Source: Candidatus Bathyarchaeia archaeon
GTDB taxonomy: Archaea; Thermoproteota; Bathyarchaeia; 40CM-2-53-6
Assembly: GCA_050013255.1 (NCBI GenBank)
Contig: JBEKFP010000001.1
Location: 480,001 to 544,000, forward strand
Reading direction: 5' to 3'
DNA: 64,000 nucleotides
The number at the start of each line of letters is the position of its first letter. The stretch's first letter is position 1. Of this stretch, positions 62,136 through 64,000 are shown one piece after another. The notes under the pieces are model-generated. The model was not told the origin of the DNA and ran no database searches. It saw nothing but the letters and a program-made list of their open reading frames with translations. Position numbers and translations under genes: made by a program.

Positions 62136-62861
62136 ATGAAGAGCGATGTATGGAAGGCAGTAATTCGCGCGATAGAGACCTCAATCCCTGAATACGACAA
62201 AGTCAACGAGAAAGTGTCACTCGGCCGGGCCCTAAAGGCCCGCGAATACGCCGTAGATCAAATCTCCATCAGCGAAGGAATGACAATTCTTGATGCGGGA
62301 ATCGGCCCAGGGACTATGAGCGAAGTTCTCCTTTCAAAATCTAAGGGCCTAACGATTGTGGGGTTAGACGCATCCACGACGCTCTTGGGGGCTGCCCGTG
62401 AAAGGTTCAGGTCGTCAAAGGAACGGCAAGTTCACCTTGTTCGTGCTACCTTTGAAGCAGTTCCGGTCAGAGACGGCGGGGTTAACCGAATTGTAAGCGC
62501 ATACGCTTTCAGAGATGCTAGGGACCGAGGGGTGGCTATTGATGAATTCCGTAGGGTTTTAGGAGAAGACGGATCCTTCGCCATAATAGATTTAGGAAAA
62601 CCAAACGAGATTCTCAAAAGAACCTTCGTCACATTATACATTGAATTCCTCATGCCCTTGATCGCTCGTTTTTCGAAGTCTAATCGTATCCGCGGCAATC
62701 CATGGCGAATGATTGTTCCAACTTACCGGTTACTTGTAACTAATCGGGAACTGGTCCAATCGCTAAGGAAGCGGTTTGGTGAAGTGAAAATCTGGGAAGT
62801 CTCACTCGGCGGCATCATAATTATCCTTGCACGAGTCTCGCGGTTAGCTCCCGCCTCTTGA
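62136..62861 (+). CDS. UbiE-like class I SAM-dependent methyltransferase
   Basis: YDKVN, ILDAGIGPG, GLDAS, AYAFRD, EFRRVL. Confidence 0.82.
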   Translation: MKSDVWKAVIRAIETSIPEYDKVNEKVSLGRALKAREYAVDQISISEGMTILDAGIGPGTMSEVLLSKSKGLTIVGLDASTTLLGAARERFRSSKERQVHLVRATFEAVPVRDGGVNRIVSAYAFRDARDRGVAIDEFRRVLGEDGSFAIIDLGKPNEILKRTFVTLYIEFLMPLIARFSKSNRIRGNPWRMIVPTYRLLVTNRELVQSLRKRFGEVKIWEVSLGGIIIILARVSRLAPAS

Positions 62862-63998
62862 AATGAAATCTGCGACTTTCTTGAAACCTAATTCAATCCT
62901 TTCTTCAGATTCACTGACGAACGTCAGGCGAATATGGCCGCGTCCGTTGTCACCGAAGAATCGGCCTGGTATCACCGCAACACCTCTCTCTTTCAATAAC
63001 TTCCCCGCAAATTCTTCCTCGTCTAGTTTCAGCTTCGAGAGGTACGGGCGCATGTCTACGAAGTAGTAGAAGGCGCCGGGGGGCGTGACCGTTCTGGCCA
63101 TTGGAAGCTGTGAGTCCAACATCTTGCCCATGAAATTTCGTTTCTTAACGTAGTATGGGAGAACAGTGTTCTTCAGGTATGGTTCCTTCATGTTTTCTTT
63201 GAGAAATTTCACCAGGGCAAATTGGGCGAGACTATCAGGGGCTAGTGTGCTATACTGTTGCATCTTCTCCATCGAGTCAATTATTTCCTTAGGGGCAAGT
63301 GTGTAGCCTATGCGTAAGCCTGGTATGCTGGCTTCTTTTGAGAAACTGCAAACGGTTATAGTACGCTCTTGTGCGTCCGGAAAACGGCTGATCCAAACAT
63401 GTTCTCCTTCGTAGATTATGTGTTTGTAGATATCGTCGCTTATTATCCAGAAATCATATTCCTGCGCCAAGTCCACTAGGGCTTTCACAAATGCTTCATT
63501 GAGAATTCTTCCCGTTGGGTTGTCTGGGGATAGAATCATCACTGCCTTTGTTTTCTTTGAGACCGCTTTCTTGAAGGCTTCAATGTTAGGCTGGTATCCA
63601 TCCTCAACGTTGGCTGGCAACCACTTTGGTTTGCCCTGAGCCAGTTCGATCATTTCCCGGTATCCAAGGTACGTTGGATCAGTTACGATTACTTCGTCGC
63701 CTGGGTTCATGAGGGACATGAGCAGACTGAATATTGCTTCAGTCGCACCTGTGCTCAAAATTATCTCAGAGTAAGGATCGTAGTTCACTTTTCCATACTT
63801 TCTTGTGTCCTCCGCGATCGCTGCCCGTAGCTCCGGGATGCCTCTCGTTCCAGTATAGCCGCAGCTCTTCAACGGATCCGAAGCGAGCAGGCGGCTGAAT
63901 TCGTCGAGAAAATCTTGCGGGGGAGGAACGCTGGGCGCCCCTCCACCGAATGATATTATCTCGGCCCGTTTACGTGCCTCATCTAGTAAAGCCGCCAC
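62844..63998 (-). CDS. Class I/II PLP-dependent aminotransferase (5' end runs off the window)
   Basis: YTGTRGIPELR, SPDNPTG, SDDIY, SFSKEASIPGLRIG, PGAFY. Confidence 0.92.
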   Translation of the reverse strand: MAALLDEARKRAEIISFGGGAPSVPPPQDFLDEFSRLLASDPLKSCGYTGTRGIPELRAAIAEDTRKYGKVNYDPYSEIILSTGATEAIFSLLMSLMNPGDEVIVTDPTYLGYREMIELAQGKPKWLPANVEDGYQPNIEAFKKAVSKKTKAVMILSPDNPTGRILNEAFVKALVDLAQEYDFWIISDDIYKHIIYEGEHVWISRFPDAQERTITVCSFSKEASIPGLRIGYTLAPKEIIDSMEKMQQYSTLAPDSLAQFALVKFLKENMKEPYLKNTVLPYYVKKRNFMGKMLDSQLPMARTVTPPGAFYYFVDMRPYLSKLKLDEEEFAGKLLKERGVAVIPGRFFGDNGRGHIRLTFVSESEERIELGFKKVADFISRGGS

Positions 63999-64000
63999 CT

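Overview
This is archaeal chromosomal DNA, most consistent with a TACK-type lineage such as Bathyarchaeia. That assignment is inferred from the single-OB SSB, UPF0147/UPF0148, group II chaperonin, full-length Hef, Zn-type ferredoxin and frequent TTG/GTG starts. Most of the window is housekeeping: a MoxR-DUF58 operon, tmk, a prenyl diphosphate synthase, Hef, three ABC-2 exporters, surface proteins, PduO, a complete trpEGDCFBA operon with candidate TrpY TRP boxes, UDG, thermosome, a DRG GTPase, a VapBC pair, pyruvoyl arginine decarboxylase, folE-queD-queC, a class II RNR and an MptB-like HD protein. The standout is a minus-strand tRNA-Leu(CAG) gene (44981-45175) that folds into a canonical 88-nt cloverleaf only after removal of FOUR BHB/BHL-type introns (positions 8/9, 14/15, 30/31, 37/38), whose overlapping motifs imply ordered splicing. 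Its 3' end is duplicated at 42451-42471, delimiting a 2.5-kb relic integrated element. Other items worth checking are two candidate structured ncRNAs, a degenerate C-terminal copy of a large surface-protein gene, several unannotated small ORFs (including a 12-aa Lys-rich peptide with strong expression signals) and ORFs interrupted by single stop codons. All family calls come from motif recognition by eye, and no searches or folding programs were run.
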